A stretch of DNA of 64,000 nucleotides from Pseudothermotoga sp. (GTDB lineage: Bacteria; Thermotogota; Thermotogae; Thermotogales; DSM-5069), in assembly GCA_031962025.1 (NCBI GenBank), contig JAVRKW010000006.1. The stretch is one strand, 5' to 3'. A program made the translations under genes and the position numbers. This document shows, one piece after another, positions 1-10,071 of this stretch (position 1 is the stretch's first letter; each line of letters opens with the position of its first letter). Under the pieces are notes generated by a model. The model saw only the letters and a program-made list of their open reading frames with translations. It ran no database searches and had not been told where the DNA came from.

Positions 1-1
1 A

Positions 2-1069
2 TACGTTGGTGAATTTTCACACCTGAACAGTAAACCGTGGAATGAGACTTATTTTGAGGTGCAGGGAGTCAGGTTTTTTGTCATCAAGACGAGAAAATAT
101 CTTGGCAATTCTCTGTCAAGGTTTCTTTCCTGCTGTGATTATTTCATGAACGGTAAAAAGATCATCATAAAAAACGAGTACGATGTTGTGATTGCCTCTT
201 CGCCACATCCTTTCTCCTGGGCTCTTGGCTGGTACTACTGTAAAAGGAAAAAAGCAAAGTTCACAATAGAGATAAGGGATGTCTGGCCAGATGATCTTGT
301 GGCTCTTGGAATGATGAACTATTCAAACCCTGTTGCGCGGTTTTTCAGTTATATGTGCAAAAAATACTATCCCAGGGCATCAGAAATAATTAGCCTTGTA
401 CCAGATCTTTCAGCGCATTTCAATCGCCTTGGCTTGCACAGCAGGGATATTCTGTACATTCCAAACGGTGTTGATTTTCAGATGTTTAAAGACCCAGAAC
501 GATGTGAAAAAATAGATGAAATATTCTCAAAAATACCCAAGGCAATCAGAGTTGTTTATGCCGGCTCGATTGTTCCACACAATGGTGTCAAAGAATTTAT
601 CCAGTTGATCAATCAGGTTGACCAGCGCGTGGTTGAAAATTTCGTTTTCATATTCGTTGGTCCATACCATAAAGATTATCTTTCACAGATAAAAGCGATA
701 GCAAAGGAGAATTTCTTTTTCTTTGAACCTGTGCCAAAAACGTGCATACCTTATTTGTTTTCAAAAAGTGATTTATTGTTGTTCACACTTTCCCAGGCAC
801 AGATGAATAATCCCGCCGTTAGTTCTTACAAGGTACTCGATTACATGGCATCTGGTAAGCCTGTGTTGAGTGTTGACATCGATGGATTGTTATTCAAATC
901 GACAAATGGAGCCATTTTTTACAAGGATCGATACAGCCTTCAACATGCCCTTGAACGAGTTTTGAATCAGAACATATCAGAGCTTGGAAAGAATAACGTT
1001 GAATACATTCTAAAAGAAAGAACTTGGGAGATCCTCTATGAGAAAATGAAGAAGGCTATCATTTCTTGA
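2..1069 (+). CDS. Glycosyltransferase family 4 protein (5' end truncated by window edge)
   Basis: Frame is open from position 2; motifs EIRDVWP, YIPNGVD, VYAGSI, YKVLDYMASGKPV typical of GT4. Confidence 0.85.
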   Translation, partial: YVGEFSHLNSKPWNETYFEVQGVRFFVIKTRKYLGNSLSRFLSCCDYFMNGKKIIIKNEYDVVIASSPHPFSWALGWYYCKRKKAKFTIEIRDVWPDDLVALGMMNYSNPVARFFSYMCKKYYPRASEIISLVPDLSAHFNRLGLHSRDILYIPNGVDFQMFKDPERCEKIDEIFSKIPKAIRVVYAGSIVPHNGVKEFIQLINQVDQRVVENFVFIFVGPYHKDYLSQIKAIAKENFFFFEPVPKTCIPYLFSKSDLLLFTLSQAQMNNPAVSSYKVLDYMASGKPVLSVDIDGLLFKSTNGAIFYKDRYSLQHALERVLNQNISELGKNNVEYILKERTWEILYEKMKKAIIS

Positions 1070-1070
1070 T

Positions 1071-2165
1071 TCACCATGGAAGAGAAACTTTACCGAGTAA
1101 AGCCGGTCTTTTCGCGCCGGTTACCGACGGTATATTCGCCGGCATGCCATTTAAAAATTCGTTTGCAAGAAACGCCATTGAAATGGCTTCCCTTGCTTTT
1201 GCAAAAGTTTTATGTGGCAAAAGCACTTTGTAGCCAAAAGATTTCAGGTCCTGAATCAGGATTTTGTTGAAAGCACCTCCACCAAAGACGTAGATTCTCT
1301 CTACTTTTGAAAGATACCTTTTGATATTCTCATGCACACAGAAAGCTGTGAAATACGTCAATGTCCTTAAAGTATCATAATCTCTGGCTGGAAATCCTTC
1401 AAGAAACTTTCTGTTATACCACTCTCTACCCGTGGTCTTTGGAGGTTTTCTGTTCAGGTAATCTTCATCTTTTTTGATGAGTTCTTTTAAGATTTGCTGG
1501 TCTATCTTTCCTTTGCCTGCCAGATTGCCGTCTTTGTCGTATTGCAAATTGAAATTTTCTTTCACATAAAGATCGATCAGACAGTTACCCGGTCCTGTAT
1601 CAAAAGCCAGCACTCTTTCATTTATGTAAGTGACATTGGCTATACCGCCTATGTTCAAAACAACTGTGTTGGGTTTTCTGAAAAAAGCCCAGTCAAAATA
1701 GGACGTAATAGGCGCCCCTTCACCGCCCAGCGCCACATCCTTTGTTCTGAAAGAATGAATCACAGGTACATTCATCTCAACTGCCAGTACATCGGCTTCT
1801 CCTATCTGCAATGTGGCTCCTTTTTGTGGCATGTGATAAACTGTCTGACCGTGGTATCCAATCGCATCAACTTTCATATTCAGATGTTTTAACATCTTTG
1901 CATGCATTCGAGCGATCTCAAAATTCATAAACGTGACATTCTCAACAGATGATAAAAGTGGATCGTAAGTTGTTATAATGCGTTTTTTGAAATCTTGCGG
2001 ATAATCAATGCTCTGAAAGTGAATCAATCTGAATTTTGTGCTGCGGCCTGAACCTGTGAATTTGACAACTGCCACATCCAGACCATCGGCACTTGTGCCG
2101 GACATCAAACCCATTATGGTTCTCTCTTTTTTGTTGAGTAATTCTACAAAATTGCTCCAGAGCAT
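1071..2165 (-). CDS. anmK: Anhydro-N-acetylmuramic acid kinase
   Basis: GLMSGTSADGLD, GYHGQTVYH, GGEGAP, LNIGGIANVT, FDTGPGNCLID, PPKTTGRE motifs; ATG at 2165 with GGAGGG SD. Confidence 0.93.
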   Translation of the reverse strand: MLWSNFVELLNKKERTIMGLMSGTSADGLDVAVVKFTGSGRSTKFRLIHFQSIDYPQDFKKRIITTYDPLLSSVENVTFMNFEIARMHAKMLKHLNMKVDAIGYHGQTVYHMPQKGATLQIGEADVLAVEMNVPVIHSFRTKDVALGGEGAPITSYFDWAFFRKPNTVVLNIGGIANVTYINERVLAFDTGPGNCLIDLYVKENFNLQYDKDGNLAGKGKIDQQILKELIKKDEDYLNRKPPKTTGREWYNRKFLEGFPARDYDTLRTLTYFTAFCVHENIKRYLSKVERIYVFGGGAFNKILIQDLKSFGYKVLLPHKTFAKAREAISMAFLANEFLNGMPANIPSVTGAKRPALLGKVSLPW

Positions 2166-3163
2166 TTTATCCCTCCAAATACAACGTTGTGCAGAAGTAT
2201 TCTGATTCTCATTATCTCGTCTTCGTGTCTTTTGATAAATCCTTTGTTTGTCAGAAAAATCACAAAAAGACCATCTTCCCTGCACCAGATAGTTGTACCG
2301 GTAAAACCGCTATGACCGAAGGATTTTTCACCAAGCATATCGCCGCTGCTGGTACCACTCATTGGACACATCCAGCCAAGATGCCTTTTACTCCCGTTTA
2401 CCTCGACTATCTTTTGAGTGAAAAGCTTCACCACATTGATCGGTACGATAGCCTCTGTGAGAAGGCATGTCATGAAAGTGTGTAGGTCTAGCACATTTGA
2501 AAACAGTCCTGCATTTCCGCTTACTCCGCCAAGATAATAGGCAAGTTCATCGTCCGGCTGACCGATCAATCTTTTGCCGTCTCTTATTGAAGTTGGTGCA
2601 ACATTTTCAGATGGACCTGGAGAAAATCTCGTATTTTTCATTCCTATGGGCTCGAAGATCGAATAGATGTATTTGTCAAACGGCATACCCGTGATTTTTT
2701 CAACTATTGCCATCAAAGTTATGAAATTCAAGCATGAATAGACTATTTTTCTACACGGTTCTTCGACTGGCTGGATTTTCAGTATCTCATCCAGCAATTC
2801 TCTGTTTTTTAGATATTTCCACAGCTCCGAATAGGGCTGCATTCCGGATGTGTGAGTCAAAAGCTGAAGTATAGTGATATCGCTTTTTGGTTTTGCAAGA
2901 TCCAAAAAACGTCCAACTGTGTCGTTCAGGTGCAGGTATCCTTCAGAGAAAAGTTTCATAACTGCGGTTGTTGTAGCCACGACTTTTGTCAGACTCGCAA
3001 GATCGTAGACAGTTTCAATGGTGGTTTTTCTCTCAAAATCAATTGTTCCATAAGCCTTCCGGTATATTATTTCACCTGGCTTTCCCACCAGGACAACGCA
3101 CCCCGGATAGATTTTGTTCAGTCCATCCTGAACCACTCTGTCGATTTTCTCCTCTGTCGTCAT
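2144..3163 (-). CDS. Beta-lactamase-family serine hydrolase (AmiE/EstB-like, possible muropeptide amidase/esterase)
   Basis: SxxK (ASLTK), LLTHTSG, YSCLNF, GHSGFTG motifs; no signal peptide. Confidence 0.8.
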   Translation of the reverse strand: MTTEEKIDRVVQDGLNKIYPGCVVLVGKPGEIIYRKAYGTIDFERKTTIETVYDLASLTKVVATTTAVMKLFSEGYLHLNDTVGRFLDLAKPKSDITILQLLTHTSGMQPYSELWKYLKNRELLDEILKIQPVEEPCRKIVYSCLNFITLMAIVEKITGMPFDKYIYSIFEPIGMKNTRFSPGPSENVAPTSIRDGKRLIGQPDDELAYYLGGVSGNAGLFSNVLDLHTFMTCLLTEAIVPINVVKLFTQKIVEVNGSKRHLGWMCPMSGTSSGDMLGEKSFGHSGFTGTTIWCREDGLFVIFLTNKGFIKRHEDEIMRIRILLHNVVFGGIKCSGAIL

Positions 3164-3166
3164 TTT

Positions 3167-4135
3167 CTACACCTCGCTCAAAAAACAAGCCACTTTGTGC
3201 TTTTCATCACCGATGAGTTTTGGTTTTTCTTTTTCACATTTTTCTATTTTCAAATTGCATCTTGTTGAAAACGGGCATCCAGTCGGTGGATTGACAGGAC
3301 TTGGTGGCTCTCCAGAAAGTGTCAGCGTGTGGAGTTTTCTAAACTGTGGATCCCAGCTTGGAATGGAGTTCATCAGCGCTTTTGTGTATGGATGCATCGG
3401 GTTTTCAAAGACTTCACTGGCTTGACCACATTCTACCACGTTCCCAAGATACATCACAACGAGCCTGTCGCTCATGTGATACACAACATCAAGGTTGTGC
3501 GAGATGAACAAATAAGATACTCTGTACTCTTCTCTTATCTTCATCAAAAGGTTTATGATCTGGCTTTGAACAGAAACATCCAGTGCCGATGTGGGTTCAT
3601 CACAGACTATCAGTTTTGGATTTAAAGATATCGCCCTTGCGATTGCTATTCTCTGCCTCTGTCCACCGGAAAACTCATGCGGGTACCTTGACAGATATTC
3701 ACCAGCCAATCCCACTTTACCAAGAAGGTCTTTGATGTAATCTTCCTGCTCTTTTCTGGAAGAAAAAACATTGTGTGCTTCAAGTGGTTCGCCAATTATA
3801 TCCGCTATTGTCATTCTTGGATCGAGAGAATTAAAAGGATCCTGAAAGATCATCTGCACATTTCTTCTGAACTCTTTTTCAATGTTTTTCGGTACTTTTT
3901 TTGAAACATCTATACCTTTGAAAAAGATCTGTCCGGAGGTTGGCTGTAATATTCGTGAGACGATCTTACCAAGGGTTGTCTTTCCACATCCAGATTCACC
4001 AACAACACCAACTGTTTCATTTTCCTGTATATCCAGATCGATCTCTTCAAGTGCTCTCACCCAGCCACTTATTTGCAGAAACACTCCGGATCTTATTGGA
4101 AAATATTTTTTCACGGCTTTAAGAGAGAGAATCAT
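3167..4135 (-). CDS. Oligopeptide/dipeptide ABC transporter ATP-binding protein (OppF/DppF-like)
   Basis: GESGCGKT, FSGGQRQR, CDEPTSALD, C-terminal Cys cluster. Confidence 0.93.
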   Translation of the reverse strand: MILSLKAVKKYFPIRSGVFLQISGWVRALEEIDLDIQENETVGVVGESGCGKTTLGKIVSRILQPTSGQIFFKGIDVSKKVPKNIEKEFRRNVQMIFQDPFNSLDPRMTIADIIGEPLEAHNVFSSRKEQEDYIKDLLGKVGLAGEYLSRYPHEFSGGQRQRIAIARAISLNPKLIVCDEPTSALDVSVQSQIINLLMKIREEYRVSYLFISHNLDVVYHMSDRLVVMYLGNVVECGQASEVFENPMHPYTKALMNSIPSWDPQFRKLHTLTLSGEPPSPVNPPTGCPFSTRCNLKIEKCEKEKPKLIGDEKHKVACFLSEV

Positions 4136-5097
4136 CGATCATCGCCCCTAACATAAAGCCAGCAACTCACAGAACTTTTTTCAAAAGAAATCTCCGGTGG
4201 TTCTTTTTGTGAGCAGATTTTCATTGCCCTGGCACACCTTGGGTGAAATCTACATCCTTCTGGGAATTTGTTTGCAGCAGGTACAGTACCCGGAACATAT
4301 GGTAACTGCTTGCCTTTGTATTCTTTTTTTACCCTGGATTGCAAAAGAGCCGTCGTATACGGGTGCAACGGCTTTTTGAACAGATCAAAGATATTTGCCT
4401 TTTCCACGATTTTTCCAGCATACATCACATGAACTCTATCCGCTAACTCTGCAACTACCCCAAGATCGTGGGTTATAAAGATAACAGAAGTTTTGAAGGT
4501 TTTCTGAAGTTCTTTGAAGAGTTTTAATACCTGTGCCTGAATTGTGACATCCAGTGCTGTTGTTGGCTCATCCGCAATGATCACATCGGGGTTTGTGAGT
4601 AAAGCCATCGCAATCATTATCCTCTGTAACATGCCACCACTCATTTCGTGTGGGTATTCGTCAAATCTCTTTTCAGCCAGAGGGATATGCACTTTTCTAA
4701 GCATTTCTATGCAAACGTCTTTAGCCGTTTTCTGGTCTACTTTCAGATGAGTTGTGGCAACTTCCATCATCTGCTGACCAACTGTGTAAAGTGGATCGAA
4801 GCTTGCCATTGGTTCTTGAAAAATCATCGAAATCTTTTTCCCTCTTATTTTTCTGTATTCCTGATTTGACAGCCCCGTCAGCTCTATGCCCCTGTATTTG
4901 ATAGATCCTTCAATGAGCGCACCCTTTACAAGTCCCATTATTGTCAGTGCTGTTACGCTCTTACCGCAGCCCGATTCGCCAACGAGTGCGAGTATTTCAC
5001 CTTCGTTCAATTCAAAAGATATACCATCGACAGCTTTAACCAGTCCATCAAAGGTTTTAAAGTAAGTTTTGAGATTTACAACTGAAAGAATTGTCAT
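4132..5097 (-). CDS. Oligopeptide/dipeptide ABC transporter ATP-binding protein (OppD/DppD-like)
   Basis: GESGCGKS, MSGGMLQR, ADEPTTALDVTIQAQ. Confidence 0.93.
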   Translation of the reverse strand: MTILSVVNLKTYFKTFDGLVKAVDGISFELNEGEILALVGESGCGKSVTALTIMGLVKGALIEGSIKYRGIELTGLSNQEYRKIRGKKISMIFQEPMASFDPLYTVGQQMMEVATTHLKVDQKTAKDVCIEMLRKVHIPLAEKRFDEYPHEMSGGMLQRIMIAMALLTNPDVIIADEPTTALDVTIQAQVLKLFKELQKTFKTSVIFITHDLGVVAELADRVHVMYAGKIVEKANIFDLFKKPLHPYTTALLQSRVKKEYKGKQLPYVPGTVPAANKFPEGCRFHPRCARAMKICSQKEPPEISFEKSSVSCWLYVRGDDR

Positions 5098-6179
5098 ACC
5101 TTTTCAACCACCCTGTACGGATCAAGAGCATCTCTGAGTGCATCACCAACAAAGTTGAAGGCAAGGACTGAAATCATTATGAAGACACCCGGTATCAGCA
5201 ACCATGGACTTGTGGCAAGAGCTGAGATGGACTGCGCCTGTCTCAATAAAAGCCCCCAGCTTGTCATTGGCTCCTTGATGCCGAGTCCCAGAAAACTTAT
5301 CGCACTTTCACCCAGGATCATCCCGGGTATAGAAAGAGTCGATACGACTATCAGATAACTGGTTATGTTGGGTAGAAGATGTTTTCTTATTATCTTGAAA
5401 TCCGAAACACCGGCAACCTTTGCCGCAAGGACATATTCTTTCTCTCTAAGACTCAGGACCATACCGCGAACTACCCTTGCCACGCCCATCCATCCTATCA
5501 ATGAAAGTACTATCACTATTCCAAAATAAACCCACGTACTTGGCCAGCTTGGTGGTAAGATCACAGCCAGAGCGAGCCACAGGGGGATTCTTGGGAAGGA
5601 ACGTAAAAGCTCTATAAATCTTTGAATTAAAATGTCTATCCAGCCACCGTAATATCCTGAAATACTGCCCATTATGGCACCTATGATGACACTTATGAAA
5701 GTGCCTATCAATCCAACAGTCAGTGATACTCTGCCGCCTATCAACGTCCTGGAAAATATATCCCTGCCGAATCTATCTGTGCCGAAGAGAACTATCATTG
5801 CTTCAGAAGGGTCTGCATCTATTCCAAAAAGGTGCAAATCAGTTTCAATTAATCCCCAGAATTTGTATCTTTCTCCTTTCACAAAAAATTTCACCGGGTA
5901 AATTCTGGATCTGTCCTGTTCGTACTTCACCATGAATGTCACAGGGTCGCGAGTTTTTTTCAGCCCATAGACAAATGGTCTGTGAAGTTTCCCTTCGTGG
6001 AAAAATCTCACAACTGTCGGTGGAGCATAAGTGAATTTGCTGTGTGTTTCTTTAAAATCATAAGGAGAAATAAAGTCGGCAAATATGATTAAAAGGTAGA
6101 GAATAATCAAAACCCACACGCCAAAAACTCCGAGTTTGTGCTTTTTGAACTGATGATAGACTCTACTGGATCTACCCAT
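5094..6179 (-). CDS. ABC transporter permease (OppC-like)
   Basis: GTDRFGRD, EYVLAAKVAG EAA loop, multiple TM segments. Confidence 0.92.
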   Translation of the reverse strand: MGRSSRVYHQFKKHKLGVFGVWVLIILYLLIIFADFISPYDFKETHSKFTYAPPTVVRFFHEGKLHRPFVYGLKKTRDPVTFMVKYEQDRSRIYPVKFFVKGERYKFWGLIETDLHLFGIDADPSEAMIVLFGTDRFGRDIFSRTLIGGRVSLTVGLIGTFISVIIGAIMGSISGYYGGWIDILIQRFIELLRSFPRIPLWLALAVILPPSWPSTWVYFGIVIVLSLIGWMGVARVVRGMVLSLREKEYVLAAKVAGVSDFKIIRKHLLPNITSYLIVVSTLSIPGMILGESAISFLGLGIKEPMTSWGLLLRQAQSISALATSPWLLIPGVFIMISVLAFNFVGDALRDALDPYRVVEKV

Positions 6180-6188
6180 CTTACCACC

Positions 6189-7157
6189 TCAACTTACTCT
6201 GATTCTCGGGTCGAGTAATGCCAGAGCAATGTCAGCCAAAAGATTGCCGATCTGTGTGATCAAAGCAATAAACATCAAAAAGGTCATGACCAAATACTGG
6301 TCATGGTTCAAAAGTGCGTTATAGAAAAAGGGACCAATAGTTGGAAGATTGAGAACAATCGAAGCGATTATCGTACCGCTGAAGATATTCGGAAGTTCCA
6401 TTCCAGCTATGCTGACCAATGGGTTGAGCGCATTTTTTACAATATGCCGTCTGACGACTTTTTCATCTAAGCCGCGTGCTCTGAGCGAAGTGACAAATGG
6501 TGATCCTATTATATCAAGCATGTTGCCTCGCATTATTCTCATAAGACCAGCCAGTCCACTTACTCCGACGACGATTATGGGTAACCATATGTGGTTGAGA
6601 AGATCGACGAATTTAGCCCAGCTCCAGGGCGATCCAATGAACTGTGGTGAAAACAACCCGCCAACGGCTGTGCCACCCAATCTGAGTATCAAATACATAA
6701 ACACCAGTGCCAGGAAGAACTCAGGTATTGATAAACCTATAAACCCAACAACTGTCAGAAAATAATCGCTCACTTTGTAAGGGTGAAAAGCCGAGTAAAT
6801 GCCCATGGGTACGGCTATCAACCACTGAAACACCACCGTAAACAGTGCGATTGCCACAGTCCATCCAAGTCTTTCCCATATCAATTCAACAACCGGTCTT
6901 TGATAGGAAAAAGAATATCCAAAATCACCTTTGAGAATTATGTTTCTAATCCAGATCAGGTATCGCTGATAGGCAGGTTTGTCAAGTGCAAGTTCTCTCC
7001 TGAGTGTTTCTATCTGCTCCGGTGAAATTCTTGGGTTTTCAAGGTACTGAGAAAGAAAATCACCCGGCTGAAGTTCTGTGACAACAAAACAGATGATAGA
7101 GATTAAAAACATCATTGGAATCATTATCAGAATTCTTCTAATAACAAAAGCCCACAT
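6189..7157 (-). CDS. ABC transporter permease (OppB-like)
   Basis: GDFGYSF, RARGL, NALNPLV; GTG start with GGAGG SD. Confidence 0.92.
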   Translation of the reverse strand: MWAFVIRRILIMIPMMFLISIICFVVTELQPGDFLSQYLENPRISPEQIETLRRELALDKPAYQRYLIWIRNIILKGDFGYSFSYQRPVVELIWERLGWTVAIALFTVVFQWLIAVPMGIYSAFHPYKVSDYFLTVVGFIGLSIPEFFLALVFMYLILRLGGTAVGGLFSPQFIGSPWSWAKFVDLLNHIWLPIIVVGVSGLAGLMRIMRGNMLDIIGSPFVTSLRARGLDEKVVRRHIVKNALNPLVSIAGMELPNIFSGTIIASIVLNLPTIGPFFYNALLNHDQYLVMTFLMFIALITQIGNLLADIALALLDPRIRVS

Positions 7158-7171
7158 CGAATTAAACCTCC

Positions 7172-7203
7172 AAAAACAGAGCTCCTCTTTTCGAGGAGCT
7201 CTG
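7172..7203 (-). terminator. Intra-operon stem-loop/terminator after substrate-binding protein gene
   Basis: Perfect 11-bp stem CAGAGCTCCTC/GAGGAGCTCTG followed by T5 on minus strand, immediately before the permease SD. Confidence 0.75.
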
Positions 7204-7211
7204 CAAAAAGA

Positions 7212-8987
7212 TCACTTTCGATAAGCGGTCCATACTGTAAACACAATCATTCCATCCTGTGTCAGACCAGCGTTCCCAAGTGTGTTGTTTATACCCCAGA
7301 TGTTCATACCCTTGCAGACAAAAATAACTGGCAGATAAATGTGATAAAGCTCCTGCCATTCGTCGTAGTAGGCTTTTCTCTTGGCTGGATCCATTTCGAT
7401 CTGACCAAGTTCAAACAATTCCCAGATTCTCTTTTCCCAGTCAAACATGTTTTCGAACACAGGCTTTGGTGGAGTGGCTGTTTTGTCCATTGTTGAGTAG
7501 TGCCAGTAATAAAGCTGTGTACCAGGTTGCCAGATTGCCTTTCTCAACTGTGGGTCAGGCTGGTTTCCAAATGCCCTCACGCCAGCTTGGAAGTTACCCG
7601 CGCCGAACATCTGACCAACCAGTGATGAATCCAGGATTTGCAGGTTAACCTTGATACCTATTTTTTGAAGATCCTGTGCGAAAATAAGTGCAATGTCCTG
7701 ATATTCCTGTGGAGAACTCTGGACAAGTAGATTGAATTCCACACGCCTTCCGTTGGGGAACAGTCTGTATCCTTCTTTGTCTCGATTCTTTAGACCTATC
7801 TTGTCAAGCAGTTCAGAAGCTTTTTTCAGATCGTATTTTCTCAAGAGCTGTTCGACCTTTGGATTGTAAAATGCCTTGTTTGAAGGAAGCATCAATCCAG
7901 CATCTGGTATTGCAAGACCTGCAAAAACTTCGTCTATGATTCTCTGCCTGTCCAGCGCGTATTCCATAGCCTCTCTGAACTCGAGCTTTGCAAACAGCTC
8001 TTTCAAATCAGGATCGTTAACGTCGAAGTTGAAAGATATGTGAATTGGGCTTGGCGTTGGCTGGTTGGGCTGCGTTGCATAAACTTTGTATGGAACGTTC
8101 CCAGCCAGTTCCTGCTGTTTGAGCATGGGATAATCTTTGGAAGCTACTGCCATGAAGTCGATTTCTCCAGCCATGAACTTTGCTAATCGAACTTCGGCAT
8201 CTCGAATGATGAGATACTCAACTCTGTCAAAATACGGCAGTTTGTTACCAAATCGATCTGTTTTCCAGTAATTTGGATTTCTTTCCAGAACGACTTTTTG
8301 ATCTGTTATAACCTGTACGAGTTTATATGGTCCATTCACCACAACTTCTTTTGGATCGACATTCGACAGCCATATTTTGTTCACAGAGCCAAGGTCGTTT
8401 TTATCCACCAGTGGTTCGAGTTTGTGCTTTGGGTATATATACACATGTGATAAAACGGTGAAAAATGGTCCGTATGGAGAAGGCAGAATAGCTTTGACAG
8501 TTTTTTCATCGATCTTTACCCACTGGATCATCTTGTTTTCGCCTTTTTCGTCTGGTATTGTGAATCTGTCAATGGAATTACCGCGAGCATATTTGTTCAT
8601 CACAAAGTATTCGAAGGTAAAGATCACGTCGTCTGCGACTATGGGTTTTCCATCAGACCAGTACGCTTCCCTGATGAAGAATGTTACTTCTTTCCCGTCT
8701 GGAGAAACGGACCAGGATTTGGCAAGACCGGGTCTGATTTCGTTGGTTACGGGATGCATCTCGACAAGAGTGGAATACATTGGACCCATGATAACGGTGT
8801 ACGCAGATGAATCAAGAGTGCCATAAAGTAAAAATGATTCAGGTGTTGAAGCAAGTGCAAGCCTGAGTACGCCACCCGATTTTGGTTTTGGATCTGGTGT
8901 CAGTATGCTGTCTTCCACAAAAAATTCAGTCGCAAGAGCGCTTAAAACTACCAGGAAAACCGAGATCAGTACTAACCACTTTTTCAC
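7212..8987 (-). CDS. ABC transporter substrate-binding protein, family 5
   Basis: Signal peptide, GLAKSWSVS, WSDGKPIVADDVIFT, NGPYKL, RNPNYW; GTG at 8987 is 7 nt after GGAGGT. Confidence 0.92.
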   Translation of the reverse strand: MKKWLVLISVFLVVLSALATEFFVEDSILTPDPKPKSGGVLRLALASTPESFLLYGTLDSSAYTVIMGPMYSTLVEMHPVTNEIRPGLAKSWSVSPDGKEVTFFIREAYWSDGKPIVADDVIFTFEYFVMNKYARGNSIDRFTIPDEKGENKMIQWVKIDEKTVKAILPSPYGPFFTVLSHVYIYPKHKLEPLVDKNDLGSVNKIWLSNVDPKEVVVNGPYKLVQVITDQKVVLERNPNYWKTDRFGNKLPYFDRVEYLIIRDAEVRLAKFMAGEIDFMAVASKDYPMLKQQELAGNVPYKVYATQPNQPTPSPIHISFNFDVNDPDLKELFAKLEFREAMEYALDRQRIIDEVFAGLAIPDAGLMLPSNKAFYNPKVEQLLRKYDLKKASELLDKIGLKNRDKEGYRLFPNGRRVEFNLLVQSSPQEYQDIALIFAQDLQKIGIKVNLQILDSSLVGQMFGAGNFQAGVRAFGNQPDPQLRKAIWQPGTQLYYWHYSTMDKTATPPKPVFENMFDWEKRIWELFELGQIEMDPAKRKAYYDEWQELYHIYLPVIFVCKGMNIWGINNTLGNAGLTQDGMIVFTVWTAYRK

Positions 8988-9007
8988 ACCATTCACCTCC
9001 CACTAAA

Positions 9008-9017
9008 TGTGATTACA
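9008..9017. promoter_or_regulatory. Putative operator TGTGATTACA
   Basis: Near-palindrome just upstream of the SBP1 SD; matches the palindrome at 10032-10041. Confidence 0.4.
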
Positions 9018-9077
9018 ATATGACTAATTTCCAAGAGGTATAATATCATAAAGATAATCTCTATGGCAAATGGGGGA

Positions 9078-9935
9078 ATGAGTGTGAAAATTCTTGGAAT
9101 AGACGGTGGAGGAACATCTCTGAAAGCAACTGTCGCACAAGAAGATGGTACCGTGCGCAGAATAGTTTTAAATCGCGGTGTCAATCTGGCTGCTGTTGAT
9201 TTGAAACAACTTGAGCAGACGATAAAAGAATTGTTTGAATGGTCACAGGACGTGGATTTTGTGAGAGCTGCATTTTCAGGTGCTGGCAGCCAAAAAAGAA
9301 AATCTCTGCTTGTTGAAGTGCTCAATAAATATTTTCCAAAGTCATCAATTCAGGTTTTCACCGATGCAGAAGGAATTTTGTACTCATGTTACGAAAACGA
9401 ACCCATAGCTGTCACGATCGCCGGTACAGGATCTGTGGTGATGGGAATTGACAGTTTACAGGTGATTCATCGTGCAGGAGGCTGGGGACATCTATTTGAT
9501 GATGAAGGAGGAGCTTTCAGCATCGTCTGCAAGATCATAAAAGCTGCTCTGGATTACAGAGATGGTATCGGTGAATATGATTCTGTGTTTGATGAATTGA
9601 TTCGTTTTTACGGGGTAAATTACATCGAAGATCTTGTTGAATTGCAGAGACTGAAAGATTTCAAAGAAAAAATAGCCTCTTTTGCAAGCAGTATGACAAT
9701 CACGCCGCTTGTGCTAAAAGTGATGCAACAAGATCTGCAGGTTCTTCTAAAAAGGACCGTGTGTGTTTTGCAAAAAACCGGTGCAAAAAAACTGTACATC
9801 CACGGTGGTATGTTCAAGATTACCCATTTTCAGCATATTTTTATGCAAAATCTTCCTAACACAGAGATACTCAATCTTAAACACGATGTCGATTATATGC
9901 TTGCAACCAATCGATTTTTGTTCAACTTGAAATAA
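9078..9935 (+). CDS. BadF/BadG/BcrA/BcrD-family ATPase, probable N-acetylglucosamine/N-acetylmuramic acid kinase (MurK-like)
   Basis: LGIDGGGT, IAGTGS, RAGGWGHLFDDEGG motifs; start uncertain (9063/9078/9084). Confidence 0.8.
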   Translation: MSVKILGIDGGGTSLKATVAQEDGTVRRIVLNRGVNLAAVDLKQLEQTIKELFEWSQDVDFVRAAFSGAGSQKRKSLLVEVLNKYFPKSSIQVFTDAEGILYSCYENEPIAVTIAGTGSVVMGIDSLQVIHRAGGWGHLFDDEGGAFSIVCKIIKAALDYRDGIGEYDSVFDELIRFYGVNYIEDLVELQRLKDFKEKIASFASSMTITPLVLKVMQQDLQVLLKRTVCVLQKTGAKKLYIHGGMFKITHFQHIFMQNLPNTEILNLKHDVDYMLATNRFLFNLK

Positions 9936-10013
9936 TCAATCGATGAGTTTCTTACAGGATTTTTTTAAACGAAAGTGATTTATCGGTATAATGGTATGAA
10001 CATTTTTTGAATA

Positions 10014-10041
10014 TGTTATACTAAGTGATAGTGTTATAACA
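10014..10041 (+). promoter_or_regulatory. Extended -10 promoter (TGnTATACT) with downstream palindrome TGTTATAACA
   Basis: TG-T-TATACT at 10014-10022; perfect 10-bp palindrome at 10032-10041; a second TATAAT at 9987-9992. Confidence 0.5.
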
Positions 10042-10071
10042 ATAAACCATTTTATAGAGGGAGGTGCGGTT

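Noticed and set aside
2166..2285. 40-aa N-terminal extension of AnmK in the ORF track
   Set aside because: It overlaps the upstream hydrolase gene; an SD supports the ATG at 2165.
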